Assembly: GCA_021163815.1 (NCBI GenBank)
Contig: JAGGTJ010000025.1
Location: forward strand, 5,821 to 69,820
DNA from: Deltaproteobacteria bacterium
Lineage (GTDB): Bacteria; Desulfobacterota; DSM-4660; Desulfatiglandales; Desulfatiglandaceae
Direction: 5' to 3'
DNA length: 64,000 nucleotides
A model generated the notes under the pieces. That model ran no database searches, had not been told where the DNA came from, and saw nothing but the letters and a program-made list of their open reading frames with translations. Numbering within the stretch: position 1 is the stretch's first letter; each line of letters begins with the position of its first letter. Below are positions 42,587-51,727 of the stretch, one piece after another. Position numbers and translations under genes: made by a program.

Positions 42587-42671
42587 ATGCATGTTTTGGG
42601 ACAGGGCGATTCAAAAATTTTTCCTGCATATTGTCTGATAACTACCTTTATTCCAAAAGCCACAAATATCA

Positions 42672-43169
42672 ATGATACAACCTATTGAAGAAAAGATTGC
42701 CTGGGCAGAAAAGACCTATCTCAGGTTACACCGGACTTTTTCAGAAGATAAAAGGATATCTGAACTTACAGACAGGCTCAAAAAGGCCATATCCCTTTCC
42801 CGTGAAAGGATGTGTGTATCAGGTATTGTGGATATATGCAGAAAATGTGAGTATGAGGAGGGCGGATCATGTTGCGGCAAGGGTATTGAAAACAGGTATG
42901 ACAGGTGGCTGTTGATTATTAATCTTATTCTCGGAATAAAACTGCCTCATGTCAGGGAGATTGATAACAGTTGTTTTTTTCTCGGCCGGACAGGATGCAG
43001 GCTTGCTGCACGCCATGTGATATGCATTAATTATGTATGTGAAAAAATAGAGCGACATGTTCCGTCAGCCTGTCTTAATTCTCTTAAGGAGGCTGAGGGT
43101 GAGGAGATAGAGACACTGTTTTTTCTTCATGAACGACTTATGCAGGTTTACAGGTCCATAAACAGATAG
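42672..43169 (+). CDS. Cys-rich hypothetical protein (YkgJ/CxxCxxCC-like metal-binding)
   Basis: CRKC-x6-SCC...CFFLG.TGC.L..R..IC..Y.C pattern. Confidence 0.7.
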   Translation: MIQPIEEKIAWAEKTYLRLHRTFSEDKRISELTDRLKKAISLSRERMCVSGIVDICRKCEYEEGGSCCGKGIENRYDRWLLIINLILGIKLPHVREIDNSCFFLGRTGCRLAARHVICINYVCEKIERHVPSACLNSLKEAEGEEIETLFFLHERLMQVYRSINR

Positions 43170-43228
43170 TATCAGCTCAATAATCAGGGGAATAACAGCG
43201 AACCTATCCCTGTTTGTTGACCTATTAC
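43169..43228. mobile_element. Family D minimal MITE (60 bp) with perfect 8-bp TSD
   Basis: GTATCAGCTCAATAA...TTGTTGACCTATTAC flanked by AACAGATA on both sides. Confidence 0.88.
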
Positions 43229-43237
43229 AACAGATAG

Positions 43238-43852
43238 ATGATGGATAATGTTCTGAAAGACACGCTTCAGTACATAGCAGACTTTTATGACAGACGTAAG
43301 GTAGGGGATACGGGGCCTCTCGGATTCAGAAGGTCTACAGATATGATGAGGTTAATGGCATGTCTTGTTCCCCTGCTTGAACAGAAGATAATCATTCCTG
43401 GCAAAACCCGTTTTCTTGACCTTGGATGTGCGGATGCAAGGGTAAATGTCTTTTTAAGCTATTTGGTCAAAACCTCTGTAGGTGTTGAACTGGATGAGTG
43501 GACATTGGAAGAACATGAATCTCTGTCAGGGAAACTGTATCCCGGTCTGGAAGAACGTGGACTTATGCTGCCGCCTGAAAATATTTTTCTCTATAATGGG
43601 GATTCTACCTCACCTGTAATCCATGAAAAAATTTTTACTGACACAGGGCTTCGCCTGAGGAACTTTGATGTCTTTTATACCTATCTTGTTATGTACCAGG
43701 AATTTTCCAGGCTTATTTTAAAAGAGGGGAAACAGGGGGCCATCTTTATGGTTTACGGATTGAACAGGATAATGCCGGCGCTGAAGGGGTTTCGACTCCT
43801 TGACAGCATTAGTCCTGTTCAGGGGATATTGGCCGTTTATCAGAAGATCTGA
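43238..43852 (+). CDS. Putative class I SAM-dependent methyltransferase
   Basis: FLDLGCAD, VGVELD and NGD motifs. Confidence 0.65.
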   Translation: MMDNVLKDTLQYIADFYDRRKVGDTGPLGFRRSTDMMRLMACLVPLLEQKIIIPGKTRFLDLGCADARVNVFLSYLVKTSVGVELDEWTLEEHESLSGKLYPGLEERGLMLPPENIFLYNGDSTSPVIHEKIFTDTGLRLRNFDVFYTYLVMYQEFSRLILKEGKQGAIFMVYGLNRIMPALKGFRLLDSISPVQGILAVYQKI

Positions 43853-45080
43853 TCTTAAAGAATACAAGCCCCATAAACATAAAAATCATTGAGACAAAAA
43901 AGATGGCCCTGTATCCTGCAAATTCTCCTATGTAACCCAGGGCAATGGAACCAATAAAGGCGCCGGCATCAATTGCCCCTGTGAAAATGCCAGTGACCTT
44001 TCCCCTGATATGGACAGGTTGGTCCCTGATGGCGAGGGAATTCATGCAGGGGAACAGAAAACCATGTCCGCATCCTGATAACATTCCGGATATTACCAGC
44101 ATTATATTTCCTCTGGCAAAGATGAGCATCCCAACTCCTATCCCTGTTATAATGGAGGCATAGGGAATAATTATACGTTCTCCGATGCCGTCAGCAAGCC
44201 TGCCGCCAAAAAACCTTGTTATTACCGCAGAGAATGAATAGGTAATATAATACAGCGAAATAAACTCTATCCCTTGGCTTTTTGCAAAGGGGGCAACAAA
44301 ATTTCCTGTGGCAGCCATGACAAAACCAAAAGATATGGATAGAATAGCTATTGGTATCATCTCCTCTTTTCTGAGGATGGCAAAGAAAGAGACAGAGCCT
44401 TTTGGGTTGTTGGTGCAATATTCGTTGACATCGTCTGTAAGATCAGGGGATGTTTTTATCTTTTGTATTGTTTGCAATTCGTCTTGATCCAGCCATTTTT
44501 GCCCGGGTCTGTATGATTCATGAATAACGGCCTGAAATAACAGCCCTGTGAAGGCAAGAACGGTTGCCGTAACAAAAAAACATGGAAACCCGAACCTCTT
44601 TATTGCCAGTTCGCCTATAACAGGGCCAACAGCCAGGCCTATAAGCCCGGTCATACCAAACATCCCGAGCCCCTCATTCAGTCGTTGTTTTGGTACTATG
44701 TCCGCTATATAGGTAAAGGTCGCTGTAAAGCATATAGCCAACCCGATACCGTGTATGAGTCTAAGGAGGATCAGGAAGGGATAAAAACCGGATAATGGCC
44801 CTTTGCAGAACAGGTAGGATATGGATACAAGGGTCATGCTCATCGATCCTGCAGCATAACTGTTTTTTCGTCCTATCCTGTCAATTATTTCAGAAACCCA
44901 TGGTCGGCAGACAACAGAAGAAAAGGCAAATGCCCCCATTATAATGCCAATATCTGACTTTGATCCTCCATGGGCAGAGATAAACAGAGGGAAGAGAAAG
45001 AAGCACCCAAAACTGGATACTGTAAAAAAGTTTGCAAGACCCATCAGGATGAATGCCTTGGTGTAGAGATCTGATTTCAT
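43809..45080 (-). CDS. MFS transporter
   Basis: About 12 TM segments; DRIGRK and GRLADGIG motif A repeats; 3' end overlaps the convergent gene by 44 nt. Confidence 0.9.
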   Translation of the reverse strand: MKSDLYTKAFILMGLANFFTVSSFGCFFLFPLFISAHGGSKSDIGIIMGAFAFSSVVCRPWVSEIIDRIGRKNSYAAGSMSMTLVSISYLFCKGPLSGFYPFLILLRLIHGIGLAICFTATFTYIADIVPKQRLNEGLGMFGMTGLIGLAVGPVIGELAIKRFGFPCFFVTATVLAFTGLLFQAVIHESYRPGQKWLDQDELQTIQKIKTSPDLTDDVNEYCTNNPKGSVSFFAILRKEEMIPIAILSISFGFVMAATGNFVAPFAKSQGIEFISLYYITYSFSAVITRFFGGRLADGIGERIIIPYASIITGIGVGMLIFARGNIMLVISGMLSGCGHGFLFPCMNSLAIRDQPVHIRGKVTGIFTGAIDAGAFIGSIALGYIGEFAGYRAIFFVSMIFMFMGLVFFKIRSSDKRPISPEQD

Positions 45081-45108
45081 TATTGCCAACCGTAAGTGTT
45101 TTTAATGT

Positions 45109-45200
45109 GTCGTGAAAAGGCACAAAATCGTGCTGAAAAACCAGTCTGTATTTTCATGTTCGTGGCATGATCAGGATATTATCCGGCCATGCCGGTGTTA
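45109..45200 (+). repeat. Repeat family B copy
   Basis: CACAAAATCGTGCTGAAAAACCAGTCTGTATTTT...ATCCGGCCATGCCGG. Confidence 0.8.
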
Positions 45201-45295
45201 AATGTTATGCGAAGACATATTTGTATTTTGCTGCACAAATGCTCCTGTAGATTGATACTGATATTGCAGAAAAAGGATTTATAGATGGAAACTAA

Positions 45296-45325
45296 TTGAC
45301 AAATCATTGGCTTATTAGTTATTCT
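45296..45325 (+). promoter_or_regulatory. Candidate sigma70 promoter for the ffh operon
   Basis: TTGACA-N18-TATTCT. Confidence 0.45.
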
Positions 45326-45375
45326 AATGATTTAAATCCCGATTATGCAAGTGTTGTTTTGATCTGAATCAGGAT

Positions 45376-45531
45376 GAGATCCTTTGAAAATGTTCAGTCT
45401 TTGTTCAGATTCAGGGAAGGTAAAAATTTTAACCGGAAGGATATATTTCCGGAATTAAAATCTGAGCCTGACCTGCCTGTTGATGGCAGGCACGGAAATT
45501 GAGTAAGGCAAGAACATTGTGCAAGGGTCTC
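45376..45531. mobile_element. Repeat family G MITE carrying a 19-nt palindromic insert
   Basis: Inverted relative of 50118-50259; ends in TGCAAGGGTCTC. Confidence 0.8.
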
Positions 45532-45573
45532 ATATTGTTCATATTGTATGCCCATTAAGGATATGGTTTAATC

Positions 45574-46902
45574 ATGTTTGAAAATCTGACAGACAAACTG
45601 AATGCGATATTCAAAAAGGTGACCGGCAAAGGCAAACTTACCGAGGCCAACGTAAAGGATGCCTTGAGAGAAGTTCGTCTTGCCCTGCTTGAGGCTGATG
45701 TCAATTACAGGGTTGTAAAACAGATTATACAACGTATCACCGATCGGGCAATTGGCCATGAGGTTATGCAAAGCCTTACGCCGGGGCAGCAGATCATAAA
45801 GATTGTCAGTGAAGAACTTACCAGCCTTATGGGGGGGGAGGCAAGTACTTTGCAGCTGATTGGCCGTCCTCCATTTTCTTTGATGCTGGTAGGGCTTCAG
45901 GGTTCAGGTAAGACAACAACAGCGGCAAAGATTGCCATGCTTTTAAGGAGGCAGGGAAGGCATCCTTATCTTGTTCCTGCAGATGTATACAGGCCTGCTG
46001 CAATAGATCAGCTTGAAAAGCTGGGGAAATCTATCCAGGTTCCTGTTTATCCATCTGATCCCGCACACAAGCCTGAGGACATATGTCTTCAGGCGATGTC
46101 AGAGGCGGGAAAGCAGGGCTCTGATGTTTTGATTATTGATACGGCGGGGCGTCTGCATATTGATGATGATCTGATGGATGAGCTTGGACGGATAAAACGC
46201 AAGATAAATCCGGTGGAAATTCTTCTTGTAGCCGATGCCATGACAGGGCAGGATGCTGTTAATGTAGCCAAAAAATTCGATGAGATCCTGGACATAACAG
46301 GGGTTATCCTCTCCAAGATGGAGGGTGATGCAAGAGGGGGAGCTGCCCTGTCTATCAAGGCGGTAACAGGGAAGCCCATAAAATTTGTTGGAATCGGGGA
46401 ACAGATAGGCGATCTGGAGGTCTTTCATCCGGAAAGGGTGGCATCTCAGATACTGGGTATGGGAGATATGCTCTCTCTTATTGATAAGGTTCAGTCTCAG
46501 TTTGATGAAAAAGAGGCGGAAAAACTTCAGAAAAAGTTGAAACAAAACAAGTTTGATCTTGATGATTTTTTGTCTCAACTACGCCAGATGAAGAAGATAG
46601 GCTCTCTTGAGCAGATAATGAGCATGATTCCCGGGCTGGGACAGAACAAAAAGCTGAAACAGTTCAAGCCTGATGAAAAAGAACTGATCAAGGTAGAGGC
46701 AATTATCAATTCCATGACCAAGCAGGAGCGGCAGGATTACAGGATTATAAAGGGAAGCAGAAAAAAGAGGATTGCCCGGGGAAGTGGTGTGAAAATTCAG
46801 GATGTAAACCGGCTTTTAAAAAATTTTGCTCAGTCCAAAAAGATGATTGAGCGTTTAACGAGGAAAGGGTATGATAATAATATTATGTCCATGTTTAAGT
46901 AG
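45574..46902 (+). CDS. ffh: Signal recognition particle protein
   Basis: GLQGSGKTT, DTAGR, DARGGAALS motifs and M domain. Confidence 0.98.
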   Translation: MFENLTDKLNAIFKKVTGKGKLTEANVKDALREVRLALLEADVNYRVVKQIIQRITDRAIGHEVMQSLTPGQQIIKIVSEELTSLMGGEASTLQLIGRPPFSLMLVGLQGSGKTTTAAKIAMLLRRQGRHPYLVPADVYRPAAIDQLEKLGKSIQVPVYPSDPAHKPEDICLQAMSEAGKQGSDVLIIDTAGRLHIDDDLMDELGRIKRKINPVEILLVADAMTGQDAVNVAKKFDEILDITGVILSKMEGDARGGAALSIKAVTGKPIKFVGIGEQIGDLEVFHPERVASQILGMGDMLSLIDKVQSQFDEKEAEKLQKKLKQNKFDLDDFLSQLRQMKKIGSLEQIMSMIPGLGQNKKLKQFKPDEKELIKVEAIINSMTKQERQDYRIIKGSRKKRIARGSGVKIQDVNRLLKNFAQSKKMIERLTRKGYDNNIMSMFK

Positions 46903-46936
46903 GTTTTATCCATAATGTGATATTTTTTTGCTGGTT

Positions 46937-47029
46937 ACCGTAAAAATAAACATACAAAACCGTATTAAAAACCAGTCTGTATTTTACTGTGTTTGGTCAG
47001 GATATTTTAAATCCGGCCATGCCGGTTTA
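46937..47029 (+). repeat. Repeat family B copy
   Basis: ACCGTAAAAA...ATCCGGCCATGCCGGTTTA. Confidence 0.85.
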
Positions 47030-47121
47030 TCTGTGGATAGGTGGTGGATAGCGGTATTTTTATGAGTTCGTCAATATTATAACATTATAATTAAATGAAA
47101 TCCTGGAGGTTTTTAAGGTAA

Positions 47122-47385
47122 ATGGCTGTAAAAATAAGACTAACAAGACGAGGGGCCAAGAAAAAACCGTTTTATCGGTTGGTAGCTGCTGATTCCAGAT
47201 CGCCACGTGATGGCAAATTCCTGGATATCCTGGGTTATTACAATCCACTGAAGGACCCTGTAGAAATCAAGGTTCACAGGGACAGGGTGGATTACTGGAT
47301 AAAAAAAGGCGCCCTTATGAGCGATTCTGTACGAACATTGCTGAAGAAAGAAAAAAGGTCCATGGCCTCTTCAATGGATGATTAG
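47122..47385 (+). CDS. rpsP: 30S ribosomal protein S16
   Basis: MAVKIRLTR.G.KK.PFYR.V.ADSRSPRDG. Confidence 0.97.
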   Translation: MAVKIRLTRRGAKKKPFYRLVAADSRSPRDGKFLDILGYYNPLKDPVEIKVHRDRVDYWIKKGALMSDSVRTLLKKEKRSMASSMDD

Positions 47386-47762
47386 GCCCTTTCTGCAAAG
47401 GTCTATTTCTCACTGTGTTTTGTAGGTGGGAGGGTGTGCTGTCTGCTGTCTTTGAGATGGAATAGGCAGGACATCTTAATTGCGTTGTTCAGAATTGATT
47501 CGTGGATGGGTATTGATTAATTTCCGTGACTGTTGCCCGGGACAGCAGTTTTTCCTGATTTGCAGGATGTTTTGGTATTGCCAGGGCTGTATACTGTGCT
47601 TAATTTCTTTATTGAAAACTCTATAGTGTCCAAAATCTGCCTGGGATGGACATGAGTCAACTGTGGATAAAAGAGAAAGAAGGAGTCTTTCTGTAACCGG
47701 CTCCTTGTAAGCACCTTAAAATAAACACCTTTGTCAACTCGATATTGCATTGGAGGTAGAAT

Positions 47763-47993
47763 ATGAAAGATCTGATAGCGTACATAGCAAAGGCATTAGT
47801 GGATAAACCGGAAGAGGTGGTTGTAACAGAAGTGGAGGGGGAACAGACCTCTGTTATTGAATTAAAGGTGGCCAAGGATGATCTGGGGAAGGTGATTGGG
47901 AAACAGGGGCGTACTGCCCGTGCAATGAGAACTATCCTCAGCGCAGCATCCACAAAGCTGGGAAAACGTGCAGTCCTGGAAATTATAGAATAA
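47763..47993 (+). CDS. khpA: KH domain RNA-binding protein
   Basis: [11 protein letters not shown]; lies between rpsP and rimM. Confidence 0.95.
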   Translation: MKDLIAYIAKALVDKPEEVVVTEVEGEQTSVIELKVAKDDLGKVIGKQGRTARAMRTILSAASTKLGKRAVLEIIE

Positions 47994-47994
47994 C

Positions 47995-48164
47995 ACCTAA
48001 ATCCTGCAAGCGTCGAGTTTGCCGAAGACCTGCCTGCAGCAGGCAGATACAAGGCGGCAAGGGTGCAGACGTACTACGATCAAATCCTTGCCACACAGAT
48101 TTGGTAAAATCGGCGCTTGTGGAGGGTAAACTGTTTTCAAAAATAGTTTATGCAGGTTTTAGGT
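47995..48164. mobile_element. Repeat family A copy
   Basis: ACCTAAATCCTGCA...TGCAGGTTTTAGGT; AAC on both flanks. Confidence 0.85.
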
Positions 48165-48212
48165 AACACTTAACAGACAACAGCAAGAACAGAATTGTAA
48201 ACTGTTTATACC

Positions 48213-48743
48213 ATGTGTAAGTCCAATGATAATCTTGTTCTTATGGGAAGACTGTTGCATGCGCATGGTGTAAAGGGTCTCGCCTTGATCCACTCCTATG
48301 CCGATTCACCGGATGACTTTATTCAGGCGGGAAGTGTGTTTTTGAGAGGCAGGAACGGATGTTTAGATAAATATCAGGTTTCAGATATAAGGCCTCATAA
48401 AAGGCATTATTTAATGAAATTTGTCGGTCTTGATTCAAGGGAACAGGTAGACTCCCATAAGGGCGACGATATCCTGGTGGATAAAAATCTGCTTGTTCGC
48501 GGTGATGACGAGTTTTTCTGGTTTGAACTCATTGGCCTTGATGTCTATCTTGACTCTGGCGTTTGGCTTGGAAGGCTTGACAGAATTATTTCCACAAGGG
48601 CCAATGATATTTACATCGTCAAAAAAGGAAAGGCAGAGGTCTATATCCCCGCTACAGTCGATGTTGTCAGAAAGATTGATCTTGAGGAAAACAAGATGAT
48701 AGTTTCGGATGAGGGAGGTATCCTTGGCTTAAATGAGATTTGA
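48213..48743 (+). CDS. rimM: 16S rRNA processing protein RimM
   Basis: HGVKG and EFFWFELIGL motifs; synteny with trmD. Confidence 0.93.
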   Translation: MCKSNDNLVLMGRLLHAHGVKGLALIHSYADSPDDFIQAGSVFLRGRNGCLDKYQVSDIRPHKRHYLMKFVGLDSREQVDSHKGDDILVDKNLLVRGDDEFFWFELIGLDVYLDSGVWLGRLDRIISTRANDIYIVKKGKAEVYIPATVDVVRKIDLEENKMIVSDEGGILGLNEI

Positions 48744-49491
48744 CATCCTCACCATTTTCCCTGGTCTGTTTTCATCCTTTTTAAGCCATGGTATCTTGGG
48801 ACGTTCCATAGAAAGGGGCCTGATTGATATCAGGCTTGTAAACATCCGTGACTTTACAGATGATCCTCACAGGAGTACGGATGACAAGCCTTACGGTGGA
48901 GGGGCAGGGATGGTAATGACGCCTGGGCCTGTTTTTCGTGCCCTTGATGCGGTTAAAAGGGAGAGTGAAAACTCCTCCGTGATTCTTTTAAGTCCCCAGG
49001 GTAAGAGATTTGATCAGTCATTGGCATGGAAACTGGCCGGGTTTGATCAGCTCATCCTTATATGTGGGCGTTATGAGGGCGTGGATGAACGCATCCGCCT
49101 TGGGTATGCAGACATGGAGATATCCATAGGTGACTATATCCTGAATGGCGGGGAAACAGGGGCCATGGTGATTATAGAGGCGGTAAGCCGTCTTGTACCC
49201 GGAGTCCTTGGCACAGACAAATCCAGCAAGGAGGATACCTTTGAAAACGGTCTCCTTAAGTACCCTCAGTATACAAGGCCAAAGGTATTTAATGGTATGC
49301 ATGTTCCGGATGTCCTCCTGTCAGGAGATCATGAACGGATAAGAATATGGCGCAGGACAGAATCCATTAAAAAGACCTGCAGAAACAGGCCTGACCTGAT
49401 TAAGAAAGCGGATCTGACGAAAGAAGACCTTCTCATTCTGAAACGCCAGAAAGACCTTGCATCTGTTTTGGATGCCGACAAAAACGACTGA
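48733..49491 (+). CDS. trmD: tRNA (guanine37-N1)-methyltransferase
   Basis: PYGGGAGM, CGRYEGVDER, SIGDYIL.GGE and PQYTRP motifs. Confidence 0.97.
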   Translation: MRFDILTIFPGLFSSFLSHGILGRSIERGLIDIRLVNIRDFTDDPHRSTDDKPYGGGAGMVMTPGPVFRALDAVKRESENSSVILLSPQGKRFDQSLAWKLAGFDQLILICGRYEGVDERIRLGYADMEISIGDYILNGGETGAMVIIEAVSRLVPGVLGTDKSSKEDTFENGLLKYPQYTRPKVFNGMHVPDVLLSGDHERIRIWRRTESIKKTCRNRPDLIKKADLTKEDLLILKRQKDLASVLDADKND

Positions 49492-49556
49492 TCCTGACAG
49501 CTTTTTATAGCAGGAGGTCCGGGGTTTCTTTGTTTTTTTACGGTAAAAGATAAATT

Positions 49557-50132
49557 ATGTCCATATATCTGGGGCTTGTGCATTATCCCGTTTACAACAG
49601 AAATCATGAAACAGTGGCATCGGCTGTCACAACAGTGGATATTCATGATATTGCACGGCTTTCCAGGGCATATGGTGTAAAAAGGTTTTTTGTTGTTACT
49701 CCCCTTACGGATCAGGCATTACTGGTAAAAAAGATAATAGCTCACTGGACCACCGGATACGGTTCCTCTTATAATATGCACAGAAAAGAGGCCCTTGAAC
49801 TGGTTTCAGTGGTTTCTTCTATATCTGAGGCCGTTGAACGGATAAAAAAAACAGAGGAATCCGCTCCCCTGCTTATAGCTACCAGTGCATCGAGACATAA
49901 AGGTAATCCCGTATCTTTCGAAGAGCTTGCAAGAATCATTTCTGTAGGGAGGACTGTTTTTTTGCTTTTCGGAACGGCATGGGGGCTTGAGGAAAACATC
50001 TTTTTAAATGCAGACTATGTATTGGAGCCTGTAACCTGTGCTACAGGATACAGGCATATATCTGTCAGGTCTGCAGTAGCGATAATTATGGATAGGTTAA
50101 TACAAAAATCTCAACATGAGACCTTTGCATAA
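49557..50132 (+). CDS. SPOUT RNA methyltransferase (DUF2168-like)
   Basis: LVHYPV, DIHDIAR, FGTAWGL and Y.H.SVRSA motifs; follows trmD. Confidence 0.85.
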   Translation: MSIYLGLVHYPVYNRNHETVASAVTTVDIHDIARLSRAYGVKRFFVVTPLTDQALLVKKIIAHWTTGYGSSYNMHRKEALELVSVVSSISEAVERIKKTEESAPLLIATSASRHKGNPVSFEELARIISVGRTVFLLFGTAWGLEENIFLNADYVLEPVTCATGYRHISVRSAVAIIMDRLIQKSQHETFA

Positions 50133-50259
50133 CGTCCTCTTTTGCCCAGTTTCTGTGTCAGGCTCAAATTTTAATCCTCAAAATATTTAATATATTCCTG
50201 CGGTTAAAATTTTTGCCTTCCTTGAACTTGAACAAAACTGAACATTTTGCAAAGGTTTT
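50118..50259. mobile_element. Repeat family G MITE (142 bp)
   Basis: TIR GAGACCTTTGCA / TGCAAAGGTTTT; AACAT duplicated on both flanks; internal hairpin. Confidence 0.85.
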
Positions 50260-50299
50260 AACATATGAACCCTGATGGTTTTCAGGAGGAAGTGGTACT

Positions 50300-50647
50300 A
50301 TGAACAACATATTGGAAAAAATAGAAAAAGAACAGATGCGTATTGATATCCCCGACTTCAGGCCAGGGGATACGGTAAAGGTTCATGTGAAAATAAAGGA
50401 AGGGGGAAAGGAACGAATACAGGTCTTCAAGGGTGTTGTACTACGTAAAAGAAAAGGCACTACAGGCTCTACCTTTACTGTAAGAAAGGTTTCCTACGGG
50501 ATAGGTGTTGAAAGAATATTTCCCTTGCACTCACCGTCAATAGAGAAGATAGAGGTGGTAACAAGGGGCAAGGTCAGAAGGTCCAGGATTTACTATCTGA
50601 GAGGTCTTAAAGGCAAGGCCGCCCGTATTAAGGAACGAAGGTTTTAG
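50300..50647 (+). CDS. rplS: 50S ribosomal protein L19
   Basis: FRPGDTV and TFTVRK.SYG.GVERIFP motifs. Confidence 0.98.
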   Translation: MNNILEKIEKEQMRIDIPDFRPGDTVKVHVKIKEGGKERIQVFKGVVLRKRKGTTGSTFTVRKVSYGIGVERIFPLHSPSIEKIEVVTRGKVRRSRIYYLRGLKGKAARIKERRF

Positions 50648-50664
50648 GTGCCTTTACAGAAAAT

Positions 50665-51291
50665 ATGTTGTCTCTCCCGGATTCCCCGTTTTTTTATGAA
50701 GACCTTGCTTTTAAATCAGGTTATTCCCTGGTAGCAGGTGTTGATGAGGCAGGCCGAGGTTCGTTGGCAGGGCCGGTAGTTGCAGCAGCGGCAATTATAC
50801 CTGCAGAGCACAGGACTTGCGCATTTTGGGATAAGATCAAAGATTCCAAACAGATGTCTGCAATTGCAAGGCAAAAGGCCTTTGCATTTATTGTTGATAA
50901 TGGCATTCCTGTTTCCATTGGTGTTGTATCACGGACATACATTGATACCCATAACATACTCAAGGCCTCCCTCGAGGCAATGAGACGGGCGATTGTTTCT
51001 CTTTCCATGCAGCCTGATTTTATTCTTGTGGACGGTATGCAGGCAGTTCCCATATCAATACCGCAAAAATGTATTAAAAAGGGTGATCAGATAAGCAAAA
51101 GCATATCTGCTGCATCTGTACTGGCAAAGGTTTACAGGGACAGGATTATGGATGCCTATCATGAGATATATCCATGTTATCATTTTAACAGAAACAAGGG
51201 TTATGGAACACGCCAGCATATTGAGGCCTTAAAAACACACGGGCCTGCCCCCATACACCGGCTTACTTTTAAAGGAGTGGTTCAGGTTTGA
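50665..51291 (+). CDS. rnhB: Ribonuclease HII
   Basis: GVDEAGRG, DSK, SAASVLAKV and NKGYGT motifs. Confidence 0.96.
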   Translation: MLSLPDSPFFYEDLAFKSGYSLVAGVDEAGRGSLAGPVVAAAAIIPAEHRTCAFWDKIKDSKQMSAIARQKAFAFIVDNGIPVSIGVVSRTYIDTHNILKASLEAMRRAIVSLSMQPDFILVDGMQAVPISIPQKCIKKGDQISKSISAASVLAKVYRDRIMDAYHEIYPCYHFNRNKGYGTRQHIEALKTHGPAPIHRLTFKGVVQV

Positions 51292-51656
51292 CCAGCCAAA
51301 GAATTGAGCTTGGAAAATGGGGTGAAGATCTGGCCTTCAGGGAACTTAAAAGACTGGGTTATAAAAATATCATACGCAATTATCGTTGTTCTGTCGGCGA
51401 AGTTGATATGGTGGCCATGGATGCCGGCACACTGGTATTTATAGAGGTCAAGACAAGAAGAGGCGCCTGTGTTGCTTATGCCAAGGAGGCTGTAACGGGA
51501 AAGAAAAGAAGACAGCTTTCGAAACTTGCCTTGACATATATAAAAGACAGGGGACTTGGCAACATCTCCGCCAGGTTTGATGTGGTGGCAATAAGCATAG
51601 AAGGAGATAAGGTAAAGACAGAAATCGTAAAAAACGCATTTGATCTGGCCTTCTGA
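51288..51656 (+). CDS. yraN: YraN (UPF0102) family protein
   Basis: GE.D, LVFIEVKTR and RFDVVAI motifs. Confidence 0.92.
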   Translation: MTSQRIELGKWGEDLAFRELKRLGYKNIIRNYRCSVGEVDMVAMDAGTLVFIEVKTRRGACVAYAKEAVTGKKRRQLSKLALTYIKDRGLGNISARFDVVAISIEGDKVKTEIVKNAFDLAF

Positions 51657-51671
51657 ATGTCCTGACCACCG

Positions 51672-51721
51672 ACGGTAAAATACAGCCTGGTTTTTAGCAC
51701 GGTTCTGTGTGTTTTTACGGT
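51672..51721 (-). repeat. Repeat family B, partial inverted copy
   Basis: AAAATACAGCCTGGTTTTTAGCACGGTTCTGTGTGTTTTTACGGT. Confidence 0.75.
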
Positions 51722-51727
51722 ATAACC

